The translations under genes and the position numbers were made by a program. The notes beneath the pieces were generated by a model. The model saw only the letters and a program-made list of their open reading frames with translations. It was not told where the DNA came from and did not search any database. This document shows positions 37,348-50,015 of a stretch of 64,000 nucleotides of DNA, piece after piece. Source of the DNA: Dicyema japonicum (lineage: Eukaryota; Animalia; Dicyemida); the NCBI GenBank assembly GCA_011109175.1, contig RDEW01000015.1:1018868-1082867 (forward strand). The letters run 5' to 3'. Positions within the stretch are counted from its first letter, which is position 1. Every line of letters begins with the position of its first letter.

Positions 37348-40300
37348 TTAGACATATGACGTATTTGAGGAGTCATACTAAAATATTATTATAGGTAACC
37401 TTCCTCTTCACACCCTTATCAATAATTCTTTGTCGATACACTAACAGTTGAAATTTCTCTGAATCCAACTCCAGTGCATTTTTGGCAGCATTAATTTGTG
37501 ATTGTCGAATAGTACAACCAATACCAACAGCTAGTTTACGTCCCATAAATGAAACATTAGTTACAAATTTATCTTTAGAATTTTCTGAATGTGGTTCCAG
37601 TCTATATATAAATATAACTAATTACTCATATATAGGAAAAGGACTAAGATCAGCGGAGTTATTCATAATCGACTGCATTTGACAGCATTGCTTTAACAAT
37701 GCCTTTGGATCACTCCAGTCTTGATTATATATAAAAGTCTAAAATGTATTAATCAAAATACATTCAGTTTACTAAAAAGACGAGTCTTGCATAAATTTAA
37801 TATTGATGTAAATCCTCCTGAATCCAAATAAATTGAGGCGACAAAAGCTAATATAAATTTTAAAATTACCTTCAAATAAATCTGCCTTATATTTAATCAA
37901 CTTGATAGAGTTTAAATCATGAGCATTCTTCGAACTATCAGAAGTAAATCGATTAGTGAACAGACCCAATTCATCACAAATAACGCTTTGCACATTTGAG
38001 GATACTAAAAGGCTCTTAAGAATCTAAAAAATCAATTTAAATAAAACAACCGAAAGTAGACCTTCTCTAAATGTGGGAAATCTGTTATATAAATATTCAA
38101 CAATTATGAATTTGAGTAAAGAATCACCCAAAAACTCCAACCTTTGATTATATAAACTCAAATTATTAATAATTTTTACAAATAAATATTATTATTTTTT
38201 GTTCCTTTGTGAAGGGCTAATGCTAAAAGTTCTTTGCGTTTAAAAAAAATTCCAGTAGAACATTGTAATTTTTCTAATTTCTAATTTTAGTAATAAAATA
38301 AACTAAAGAATGATCTTCTAATAATAATTTTCTAGAAAAAGAAGAATTTCTTTCCTAAAACATTAGGTTAATTCACAACTAATAGAGAAAGGGATGGGGG
38401 ATTACGCCAATACTCAGTAATTCTATCATCCTCATTATCATAAAATAGAATTTTTCCAATAAAGTCTCTAATAGTTTGGAGTGAAGAGCTATCAACATAG
38501 ATAGCCCCTATCAATGCTTCAACAGTGTCGGCCAACATATTTTCACATCCGTCATTATAGACTACATCAGGATTTGCCAAAATGTATTTATGGAAACCGA
38601 ATCCCTAAATAAATAAACAATTAACTTTAGAAATCTTAAATAAATTTCTATTTCCAACTAAGGCAGAACGATATGAACTCAACAAATTCTCGTCGTGGAA
38701 AGGAAAAGCGTTGAATAAATCAATACTAAAAAGAATAATTATATCTTACCTAACAATAATCTCCAGAATAGCATCACCAAGGAATTCTAGTCTTTCATTA
38801 GTGATTCCTAATGAATCGTTAAAGTAATCCACTTTCGGTACATGATTACAATTAGAAATAGTTTTCATAAGTCCAAAAAGACCTAATATTTTCATATAAA
38901 TATTTACCTTTCTGATGGCTACGCTTATTCATTACTTTAAGTGTTTTTCCACTGAATCTATTTCCAGTGTTTGATAAAGAATTCTTTAACTGATCAGAAT
39001 TAATCGCATATCTCATAGAATCCTGAATAGGAAGTAAAGCTTGCTAACATGAATATATAAATTACCATTAATAGAGCTCGGTTATTAAATTTATAATCCA
39101 AAATAGATTCTAGTCCACTCAGTGAAATAAAATGGTAAATATGACGGATAAATTGAGACAAAAGCAAAGCGCAGTGTGCGACATCATTGTACAGCCCAGT
39201 AGTATAAAAACCAGTCGTTTCCAAACAAATGGTGGTTGATTTTCGTTTAGATCTGGTAATTATAAAAACTTACTGTTTAATATCAATTAATTTATTAATC
39301 AGTTCTAAGTTTTCCTGAGAATCCTCACTATTTTTTTCAGTCTTGAGTTGAGATCGAATTCTAACATGATTCAGTTTTTTACAGGTGTGTTTATATCTAT
39401 AATATTCAAATAATAAGCAAACCTTTTATCAGCAAAATATGACAAAGTCTTGGGACGTATTGAGAAATGTATGATAGCAATGGTTTGATCAATATAAGGA
39501 TGAGATTCTATCCTATCAATTCTTATTGCCGCAGGCTTCTATTAAAATTATACTATGAATCACTTTAGAAGGATTTGTAACAAGTGCTCCTTTCAAATGT
39601 TTATTAAAATCTTCTAAATTTTCATAATTAGGTTTAAAAACATCATCGAGCAATTTAAATGAATGAATCAAGTATCTAATAATTTCTCTGATTGAAAGTA
39701 CATCCTCTCCATCTTAATCATTAAACACAAAATACCGTTTGATTTACACACAAAACGTGGAAAAATATGAAGTCGTGAAGGTATGGCCATATTATAAAAG
39801 TCAAATAATTCAAGAATATCATAATAAAGATATCGACTAAAAAGATCTAAAGTATTTATATATTCTTTCTAAAATATAAAATTATGAACAACATCAAAGT
39901 CATGAACCCTCTCATCCGAAATGCTCAAAGAATAAAACATATTACTCAATTTTAGGGTAATTTGAGGTAACTAATAATGAATGCAATATTTACATCATTA
40001 ATAGGAAAGTGGGTCAAAATATCGAATCCATCAAATTTATAAATTTTACCTCCATTTTCTATTTCGGTTATATTGGATGACTTATAATGATAACAATTAC
40101 GTATACCTCAGGTAATAAGGCTTTAAAAAATAAAGAGTAATAGTAAGTCTTAATATTTTCAGAACATTCTTTACATACATCGCCGAAAAGTTGATAACTT
40201 GAATTTTCACAAAAGTATTCTTTGATGTTTCCAAAGTTATCCTTAATAATGCAAATTAATACTTTAGCATGTTCATTATGAAAAATTTCATCAGAAAGGT

Positions 40301-40471
40301 TGTTAGGATCTGCTAAATGTTGCTGCAAATAGGCTAAAAATAACATAATATATAGTAACCTTTTTTGTCGGTATTAATCTCTGATGGATTATAAGGTGTT
40401 CTCTCATCTCGTAGTCCATTCAGAATATCTAGCACACAACGATCAAAATAGCGTGCAGCACTACCAATCAT
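37348..40471 (-). CDS. DROSHA: Ribonuclease III Drosha, about 20 tiny introns, no P-rich or RS-rich N-terminus
   Basis: Central domain ([47 protein letters not shown]), RIIIDa [22 protein letters not shown], RIIIDb [17 protein letters not shown], ds[16 protein letters not shown]. The frame stayed open across the exons I spliced. Confidence 0.96.
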
Positions 40472-40599
40472 TTTATGTTTAAATGTTTGATTTGAGTAAC
40501 AAAACGCCACGGCTTTAAATTTAAATTAATAATATTTTTTTCATATCTTAGCTTTAAAATATTATTTTTTTATTTTGCTTCATTTAAAAATAATGATTA

Positions 40600-41230
40600 A
40601 AAATGGCCGCGGAAAGAATACAAATTGACCTGGACCGACTCAACGTTTGGATAATAGAGAACCGGCTCATGGTGAATGTAGAAAGGTCGATCGCGTCCCT
40701 TTATATCTCGGACAAAAGATTTGAAAGGAAGACAGTCACCTTGAAGTTAATCAAGGTCGACACCCCTTTCAACAAATGTCAAAGGATCTTTGATGTGACA
40801 CTTGATATGCATCTTTATCTATAACTCGACGTAGAATACATTTTTGTGAAATGTGAAAGAAATTAAAGTTTATCTGGAATATGGAAGATTGGTGCTCTCC
40901 AGGTCCTGATGAACGTGTACAGACATTACATCGAGCCATGTTTCTCATGTGCATACGCCTCGTGAGGACCGTATCTTGAACAAATATGAGGAAAATCGAG
41001 GAAATGCAAAAAAGGGCTTTCAAAGTAACAGAGCTTTGGATCTGTGTAGAACTCCGAATTGGACCGACGCTTCTAAAGTTAACTAGACTCTAGAATGCTG
41101 CCTCGTAGATTTAGTCAGTCGTCCTGTACAATCATCGCGGGCACGAGGGAGAAACACCGGGCAAAAATGAGGTCACTTATGGAAAGAATTGGGATCATGT
41201 GATAGTTAGATTGGTTTTACATGGTCTTGA
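40600..41230 (+). mobile_element. jockey/I-like LINE 3' fragment
   Basis: IQIDLDRLNVWIIENRLMVN, QRIFDVTLD, YRHYIEP; terminus resembles 14680-14725. Confidence 0.75.
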
Positions 41231-41749
41231 AATTTTAAATAAATAAGTGCTACAGTGCTTTGGCTTGACGAGCGACGTTGTCATCACTGAATATTTCAAT
41301 ACGGAAGCGGATCTCTATTACAATAAATGAGGAGTTGACGTACAAGTCCAGATCACCCAGAAAATGGCTGGAGCAGATCTGTGCCAAGATTACTTGGAGA
41401 CAAACAGAGTTGGAAGGACTGGAAAGGCATATAAGTAGTGTGACGAGAGGGGTTAAAGGAAAAGCACCGCCCATAGTAAGATTGTTACTTAGTAAAGCGG
41501 TGTTCCCAAATGGAGCCTCATAGAGTTGAGGAGGGCAAAGGCGGAGTTAGAGGAGTATAGAAGGAAACTCTATACCCATGAAAGTCAGTGTAAAAAAGAA
41601 AAAATAATCAGTTCAAATTTAATCGCTAATTATTTTACCGTCGCCTAGGACTCCAAATTAATTTTAGAAAATTAAATTCAAATTCATTTTAAATATATTT
41701 AAATACAAAACCTTTTCTTAATGTTTCGACGTTGTCTCGTTCAGTATTG

Positions 41750-42250
41750 TTTTCTACTACAGTATTAAATCTGGAATCCCACGATATCTTTGGAACTATG
41801 ACAACTTATTTGATCACAAAGTTGTAGAAACCTAAGTCTGCTTCAAATTATTGACCAAAAAACCTGCATCCCAACCCTGTATATGCTGATGACTTAATTG
41901 GTTTCTAATGAGGTCAGCAGTTTTGTGAGGCCAATGAAATTTTCTCCGAGAATGACGATTGTAAGGTAGCAAAATGACAAGTTTTGATCAACAAGCCCCT
42001 TTCTGTGTATCATGGAAACTCACTTTTTTCATGTAGGTGGATGTGATGAAGGCTTATGATTCAGTTGATCATTCTTACTTTGTCGAGTGACTATGCATTA
42101 TGTATATGCCTGTGTGGGTTCATCAGCTTTATAGTACCATCGTCTGGGGTTGATATTGTCCCCGGGAGGAGAGAGCCTAAAGGTCCTTTTTCGATGGGTA
42201 TTAGGCTCCTCTTGGGGTTCCAAATCCTTTTTAATGGGTTGACCACATAA
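41750..42250 (+). mobile_element. R4/Dong-like (RLE) RT fragment
   Basis: TYLI..TCIPTLYMLMT, VDVMKAYDSVDHSY. Confidence 0.65.
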
Positions 42251-42292
42251 CGTCACGCTAATTTTGAATTGTCAGGCACTTATGACACACAA

Positions 42293-42346
42293 ATATAATT
42301 TTAATTTATTAACCCCGGATACACCGAGAAAGAAGTTAAAGTAACG
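42293..42346 (-). repeat. 5'-truncated SINE family A copy
   Basis: attaaccccggatacaccgagaaagaagttaaagtaa matches the SINE 3' end; 14-bp TSD cttatgacacacaa at 42279-42292 and 42347-42360. Confidence 0.9.
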
Positions 42347-42379
42347 CTTATGACACACAAGAAACCCTCATCGATACAC

Positions 42380-42985
42380 ACCTACGAACTGGACTAACAT
42401 TCTGTACAAAAATACTCATTTGTCCCTTATGGAAGCGGAAGACCTGCACCGTAGAGCTTGCATACTGGCAGCCTCTTCCCCCACAGCGGTGCTTGGCTGA
42501 ACGCGTTCCCATAATCGTCAATTGGTTATTTTCTTGATCAGGACGCCCTCCTGGATAGTTTTTCTATCCATCTAGGGATCGACCTGTGCCAGCCTCATCC
42601 ATGCCGTTGTGGATCTGCTGTAAACTGCAAAGGTCTTCTTGAGGCGGCTGGATTCCCGTCGTCTCTGGAACCGATCGTGGAGATGGAAAACGCCCAACTG
42701 TCTTTTCTTCTCTCGAGGGAAATGCTTGATTTGGGATTGAACTTGTACTGACACCTTTTCCCAGTCAAGACTTGCTGGTTCCGCGTTGAAAGCTGGGAAG
42801 GATGCTCAGACTTTCGAGAATTTCAAGATAAAGAAATACGACAGCCTCTCTACAAGATTCCATGTTTAACCCATTGTTGTCGAGACAAATGGAGTCTTCA
42901 GACTCAAGACGGTCTCTTTTGATGGATTGCTTGTGTCAATGATTTCGAAAAAAAGCAACGAGTGTCGGGAAACCGAATGGGAATG
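42380..42985 (+). mobile_element. CRE-like 3' fragment
   Basis: HSGAWLNAFP, LCQPHPCRCG, SLEP..GDGKRP, LIWD.TCTDTF; same family as 53360-53850. Confidence 0.85.
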
Positions 42986-42999
42986 GTTGGGAAACCTAA

Positions 43000-43704
43000 G
43001 TATAGTGTTTATGATGGTGGGCTAGTAAATGTGAAGGCGTTGATTAATTAGTTAAGCCACTCGTCGATTGCTCATTTAGCCACTCGGTGCGGATCCATGT
43101 TCTGCCACGACTATGTGTGGAAACATGACGAGGTAGCAAGGAGTCTTCATCTTTACTATGCAATAAGTATGGTATTCGCCACATCAGAAAGTTGCGGACT
43201 CATAAAGAGCAATCTGTAGTAGAGAACGATTAAGTCCAAACCAATGTAGACAGTGCTATTCAAACATCCGTGCTAATAAGCACAATAGGCTGGACATCTT
43301 GGTAAACGATATGGAGTCTGGCCTAGTCTTTATCATAGAAGTTGGCATTATGTCTCAAGACCGTTTGCAGAATGTGGAGGTGGTTAAAAAAGGAAGTATG
43401 ACTTGCTTGCAAACGAGATGGGGCAGATTCTTAGTTGCAAAGTCCTCGTTATTCCAACGTGGAAAAATTGCAACAAAGTACCACGAGGGTTATCTAAAGC
43501 AGTTAGAGGTAGATTGAAAGATCCAGGCCTATCTACATTCCACTGTATTAAAGCGGACTCTAGAGAGGCTGACACTGGATTATAAGACACAGAACCAAAA
43601 AATGCCACATGGGAAGAAAGTTCAATTGGACAAGGCGCTCTCAGAGTTATTTCAACAACCGGAAACGAACTTGCCTGATGAGGCTAGCGAACAAGAAGGT
43701 TGTT
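43000..43704 (+). mobile_element. R4/Dong-like retrotransposon C-terminal RLE fragment
   Basis: HLATRC...HDEVARSLHL, HNRLDILV, FIIEVGI, KYDLLANEMG; same family as 61330-62020. Confidence 0.85.
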
Positions 43705-44042
43705 AGTTATTTATTAACCCCGGATACACCAAGAAAGAAGTTAAAGTAAACAACTAATTAAGTGTATCCAGTTTCCACTTCTACAGAAACAGAGTCCATC
43801 CGGAATCAACATACAGGGTAAAAGACGTACATACTTGCAGTTGTAGAAACCCCTCCAGTGGAGTGGGGGAAGCAAATGATCTTTTTTTGTGCCGGGCTGG
43901 CTCTGGGCGCCACCTAGACAAACGGATAACATGACGCCACTTTAATAGGAAGAGGGAGAAGGAACAGACGAACAAACAGAATCTTCAACCAATTAGCCAC
44001 GAAGCACCACATGGCGCCACTCGGCTATTACCAAAAGTCTAT
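43705..44042 (-). repeat. Full-length 338-bp non-coding SINE-like element (family A)
   Basis: 12-bp TSD aagaaggttgtt at 43693-43704 and 44043-44054; A-box TAGCCGAGTGG; 3' stem ggatacac/gtgtatcc; AT-rich tail; homologs at 3479, 42293 and 51795. Confidence 0.9.
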
Positions 44043-44163
44043 AAGAAGGTTGTTGATTATTAAATATTAACTTGTTATTGTTGGTTAAATAAATTGGGAT
44101 TTGTTTTTTAAACTCTAAATATTGAAATTATTATTTTAAGTTAAATTAAATAAATAAAATTAT

Positions 44164-44489
44164 ATGAGCGACGTGAGCAAGGAAAAATTAGAATGTAGAA
44201 AATATTATATTGGTAAAATATGTGAAGTTATCTAATTAGCTGGATTTTTCTTTCTTCCTATTTTTTGGGCATTAAATATATTTCTGTTTTACAAAAAATC
44301 CCGTCAAGATTCTGAATTTTATTCTTGTATCATTGATTTTGTTTTTTAGACGTTAAAAAATCAGCTTTAATGCTCGTAATATCATTATTATCTCTTATTT
44401 CTTGGATTATTGTATTTCAAACATGCAGACTTAATTGGGGATTTACTGGTGATAGATTATTGTTCTCATATTTTTCGGGTTCACTCTAA
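44164..44489 (+). CDS. PSENEN: Gamma-secretase subunit PEN-2, two short introns
   Basis: MSDVSKEKLECRKYYIAGFFFLPIFWALNIFLF...YVKKSA...SWIIVFQTCRLNWGFTGDRLLFS. Confidence 0.93.
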
Positions 44490-44779
44490 TAGTGCTAATT
44501 TTTCGGTTGATTTATAACAATTTAATTTTTTGATTTTAAAAAATAAGTATTCAAATGGGTTATTGAATAAAATATTCATTGCCAATCATTCTGGAAATGA
44601 ACAATTAGTTTTGATTGATCTCTCAATTTCATCTGGTAGTTTTAAGCACAAAAAAGAATTGAGAGTACTTTTATAATATTTTTAATAATATTTGACAAAT
44701 TATTCAAAATATTTTGTCATTGTGGTCTATATACTGGCATAAATTGATTTGCCTTATTTTTGATTATAATATTTTATTG

Positions 44780-47030
44780 ATGTGTGCTCTTTAGTAAAGG
44801 TGGTTACGTGCCTCTCTTGCACAAGATGTCTTCTCCATGCAATCAATCTTCCTGCTCTCTATTGGATCATTAAATGTGAGAGGATTCAACCATACGTAAA
44901 AAGACAACTCTTATCTGCGGACCTCAAAGATACGGAATATATGTATGCTGTCTCCTGGAGACTAAAGTCCCCAATGGCCTAGATGAAACAATGAACGGGT
45001 ATCGACAGCTTCTATTGCAGTCAGACTGCCGATATTATGGGATGGGGTTCGCTATGCGCGTGGACGCAGTTGTGGTGGCTCATAGAGCATGGAGTATCAA
45101 CGACAGGATTGCTATCCTCCAACTACGCTTCGGAAACAACCGTAAAACTACTCTATCGATTATTAATTTACATGCACCGACCACAGTGAGGGCATCCCAA
45201 CGCAGAAGAACTTGAAAATTTCTAGTCGTCCTTATCATCGGCTTACTCCTCGCTGTCCAGCTCCTACATGCTCTTTATAGTGGGAGACTGGAATTCCAAA
45301 GTGGGAAAAAAGCGGGACGAATCAAATTGCTTGGGCAGCAACGATCGAGATCAGAAATCTGTCCAGGGAGGCCCTTATACACTTCTGCGAGTCATTTGGA
45401 GTATTCCTTTGTAACACGGCGTTCCGACATGCAGCGCGACATATTATGTCACATGGGCGGCGCGTAACGCATGGGCAGCCTGTTACACTTTTTCGACCTT
45501 GAAAAGGTCCTTTGATTATCCGACATTTAATTTTGTATATCCGATTTATATCGTGATTTAATCCTGTTAAATTAGTTTTTTATTCATAAATGTTATGATT
45601 ATAAAGACGACGTGGACAGGGCAGAGGAGAGACTCCTGTGGAAATCGAGTCCATATATTTAGCCAAATCGACTACATACTATGCAGACAAACACAGAGGT
45701 GGCTACTCACCGACTCCCGTATGTACAGTGGCATGATGACCTCGAGTGATTATAGACTACTAGTGGCACGTCTCATTCTAAAGCTACGCTTTGGAATCTC
45801 ATGAGCACTGGCAGTTCGTACGCGGAGCAGGATTTTGGCCGTGAAGGCTCTATGTGCTTACGACAATACTTGTAAAAAGTTCGGCGAGAAAATATCGAAA
45901 CTGCTGGAAAATATCGACACGAATATGTCACCCGGCTGATACGTAAAAATATTTCTATGAGTCAGGCAGGCTGCTGGGATTGTACTGGGAAATCGCCCAA
46001 AAAAGTTCAAAGGAACTTTTGACAAGGAAATAGAACTATCAAAAAACCAAAGGAAACTCCGACTCTTAATCGAGTCGTCTAACTCGATAAGGGTGGCTAA
46101 GTTAATCTGCACAGTCCTGAACAGGACTTTCAAATGTCACAGTCCATTTGATGCGGGGAATGGAACCTTGTTCCCAATTCAGAAACCTGGAAAGGAAAGA
46201 GGAAATCTAAACACTCTACCCCCGATTACACTAATGAATACGATAAAGAAAATACTCTCCCTTGTTGTGCTGGATCGTATTTCAGGCCATGTAAATGAGT
46301 TCCTGAACCCAAGTCAAGGTGGATTCAGACCTGGAAGGTCGACGGCAGACGTTGTATGGAGCTACAGTTGGAGGTGTGCAAGGCGTAATCTACGCAGATG
46401 ATATTGATTTCGTCTGCCGGGATAGGGATACGCGTAAACTATACTAAAAGTGATCCCTCAAGGGTTGGAGGACTGGTCCCTGGTAGCAAACCCAGACAAA
46501 ACGGAAAGAACTAGCATATCCCGTTGCAAAACGAGAAACTAGTTAAAGTGGAGAACATGCATGAAAGTTGGATCTCTCCTCGAGAACTCGGAGGACGTTA
46601 TTCATAGGAAAGTTCTGACGGTTGCTTTTTTCAAAAAATTGTAGGCGATCTGGATGCGGCGAAAGTACATAGGCACTCGCCTTCGAATTCGGTTGTACAA
46701 CTCCTTTATCGAACCAATTCTACTTTATAACAAGAGGGTTTGGGGCCTAACGACCAAAGAACTGGAGAACCTCAACTCTTTTCACAGAAAACAACTACGA
46801 CTTCTCCTGGGTATCTACTGGTCAAAACAGATGACCAACGACGAGCTCTACAGAATCGATCAAACATCACAGATTGGTAATAAAGTGACTTCGGCGAAAT
46901 GGCAGCTCTTTTGACATATCCTAAGAGCTTCGGAAATGGCACCAGCCAGTCAGGCCATGGAATCTTACTTCTCTAAATTAAACAAAATAACGTATCGAGG
47001 TCGACAAAGAACAACATAACACGCTAAAAG
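44780..47030 (+). mobile_element. RTE-like LINE with 5' end, internal deletions and a 160-bp insertion
   Basis: DRIAIL, INLHAPT, VGDWNSKVG, KTTWTG, QIDYIL, PIQKPGK, QGGFRPGRST, YADD, KWQLF.HIL. Confidence 0.9.
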
Positions 47031-47165
47031 TAATCGTATAGATTTAAAAAAAATTAATAGCGGTAACATGCTAAGGATAAAAAATTAATTTTAGTTACAT
47101 GTATTATTTGTTTATCATATAAAATAAATTCAAATAATTATATTAACAACGTGGTTCAATTTGGG

Positions 47166-48136
47166 ATGAATTCCTTAGTAAATTAATCTATCTCACTATT
47201 AGTTCACATTAGAAAAACAAATTTTAAGTAAATTTCAGGGAATTTTGACAAATATTTCAAAAAGAACAATCTCTTCAATATGTTTATTTATTTTTTTAAT
47301 TTTAGCGCAACCCAACACAGTTAGACCACCAGAAGAGATATGGGTTGAGAACATGGATTCTGTAGAACGTAAATTTATTAGAATTGAAAAAATAAATTCA
47401 GACATTTTTTCTACATATCCACGGTTTATGGATAAATTTATTATAGTATTGATATTCTTCACAATAATATTGTTTGGCAGACAAAATATAAGAAAATCGT
47501 AACATTTCTACTAAATTAAAAGGATTACCGGTTTGTCGAATCACGTGCAGAAAAGCGTGGTGGGGGACGAAAACCATGGCCTCAAAAAAAAGTTGGTAGA
47601 GCAGCTCAAGGAAGTATAAGATCTCCTCATTGGGTAAATGGAGGTGCTGCTAAAGGGCCTCGTGGTCCCAAAAGTTATTATTATATGCTTCCATTTTACA
47701 AACGTGTTCTTGGTCTTAGAGTAGCTCTCACTGTAAAACATATTCAAGTTTTGTATTTTTATGCCTAGAAATCATTGTTTGTTGTTGAAAATTTAAATTT
47801 ACCGTCAGATGACCCCAATGTACAATATTTTTAATATTAATAGTATATTAAAGAATTAGTAGAGGCACGTGAATGGGGTCATTCTGCTCTTTTTATTAGC
47901 GAGTAATGTTTTTATTAAGGATAGAACTGACTTAGTCGACCCATCAATATCAACATCCTTGGAAGGAATAGATCATTTTAATATAATGCCATATTATGGT
48001 TGTTTTATAATACTATTCAGGATTAAATGTGTATAGTATACTCAAACACGAGGCACTCATTATGACTTTGCCTTCACTTAGATTGATTCAAGATAAACTT
48101 ATCACTGCAATGAAATCATCTAGAAAATTTGGATAA
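47166..48136 (+). CDS. MRPL4: Mitochondrial ribosomal protein uL4m, about 8 short introns
   Basis: [77 protein letters not shown]. Confidence 0.95.
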
Positions 48137-48429
48137 AATAAATTAATTTATTCTTAATTATAATTTATTCTCTTTAGTTTTACAATCTTAGGTCATGGCT
48201 CGCAGTTGATTTTAACATATCTATATGTCTTTTTTTGATCTATAATTGTGTATTGCATTAGGTTTTATAAATCATGAATGTCAAATCATCTAAAGATTTT
48301 TCATCCTGAGAAACCTGATGCAGATATTAATTATTTTTCTTTCCGTGCAGCTGTGGTACGGCCCTAATCTAAAATTTAATTATAAAAATCGTCTTATGAT
48401 CAATCAAATATTTACTAAAAATTCAAAGA

Positions 48430-48733
48430 TGCTAGAAATGGCCTATTAGCATCATGAAAATATCGCAATTGATAGCAAAATCAAGAAAACCTCAAGCTAT
48501 TGGAGACTCCTTAATATTACGAACTGTCAAAGAAATACTTGATTTAATAGTTGATTGTGAATCTGATCGAATAATTTCATCAATTCCTCTCAGCAATAGT
48601 TACGTCTCTTCCACAATTGAGGAAATGGCATTTGATATTGAAGAATCCCTATGATCATTGCTAAGATCAACTAAATTTTCAATTCAGAATTGTATCAAAG
48701 GAGGGCGCTGACTTAAAAAAATAAGAACCACTG
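48430..48733 (+). mobile_element. hAT/Buster internal-deletion remnant
   Basis: IAKSRKPQAIGDSLI..IPLSNSYVS..IEEMA joined to a right end AAGAACCACTG followed by aattagac. Confidence 0.75.
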
Positions 48734-48941
48734 AATTAGACTGCCATCAAAAAACTTTATCCCTCAAATATTAACGAGTCGACGATATCTTGATCTTGTT
48801 GATCGATCAAGATCTTAGGTAAAATATCCGTAGATCTGATAATTTTTTATTATTTTTTTTTTAGTAGACAACAAAGTAAGCCTCATTCGTGCACACTATA
48901 ATCTATTTGAAATCCAAATTATTAAATTTCATAAATATAAT

Positions 48942-50015
48942 TTTTTTTTTGGTGAGGTGGTGACGTGCCTCGTTTCTTGATTGGATCGCAATTGAGAAAA
49001 ATGTCTAAAAGGCAATGGATACAAAGCAATGCATCTCGTCTAAAAGTCCTTACGTTCAATGCTAGAGGCTTATCTTATCTACGACAAGAAAATTTGAAAC
49101 AAATACGGGCACTCCACAAGAAGACTCTCTTTCTCCTCTACTATTCACAATTTATTTGGAAGCCGCTATGAGGGAACTTAGACCGTCATACCAAGGAAAG
49201 ACGGAAGAAGTAATCTACGCGGACGATGTAGACATAATTTCTGAAGACAAAGAGGTCCTGGAAAACCTATTAGAAAAAGCACCAGATGTACTAGGGAAAT
49301 GGTTTCTTACTGTGAACAGATAGAAAACAGAACTCACAGAGATAAGAATGATGAGTAACGTCCTAGAAGAAAAGTGGCGACAAGTAAAGAAGCTCGGTTC
49401 ACTCTTGGGAGATAGCGAAGATATTTTACGTAGGAAAACTCTAGCCAATGCTGCGTTATATAAACTGAAGAATTTATGGCTCAATCAAAAAGGCATCGAC
49501 ACGAAAATGAGAATCCTATTATACAACTCATTCATAAAACCCGTACTTTTATATAACGCTGGAACTTGGGCGACCTCATCAGCGGATATGGAAAAACTAG
49601 ACTCGTTCCACAGAGGTCAGCTGAGAAAAATAACAGGAACTACTTGGCCTACGAGAATATCGGAATGCTTTATATAAGAGATGCAGCACTAGACCTATCA
49701 GCTTAGAAGTACTGGAATCCCGATGGAGGCTCTTCGGACACGTGCTGAGGATGGAATTAACATCCCCACCGAACATATCTATGGAAACATACTATGTTAG
49801 TCAAGAAGGCCGCTATCGTGGAAGACCAAGATCAACACTGCCAATAGTCTTACAAAAAGACCTGGTCAAGATCAAAAAAATCTAATAAATGCCGACGACC
49901 TGGACAGCATGAGAGCCTTGGGTAGGAACAGGGGAGCATGGGAAAAGGATGACATCTAACATTGTTTCTTTTGCTGCACATGCAATAATTAGTATGGCTC
50001 TCGTGAAATGCTTAA
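48942..50015 (+). mobile_element. Bipartite (internally deleted) RTE-like element
   Basis: 5' leader plus MSKRQW..LKVLTFNARGL fused at about 49085 to the RT 3' half; 3' end shared with 20223-21314; likely TSD ataaatataat at 48931-48941 and 50016-50026. Confidence 0.85.

Noticed and set aside
43670-43695. Hammerhead-like CTGATGAG...CGAAC
   Set aside because: It lacks GAAA and stems I/III. The homologous copy near 61965 lacks the core and both read as coding sequence.
14860-48733. One giant hAT element between the TIRs at 14860 and 48733
   Set aside because: The flanking 8-mers differ (atttaaac versus aattagac) and the TIRs match imperfectly, so these are independent remnants.
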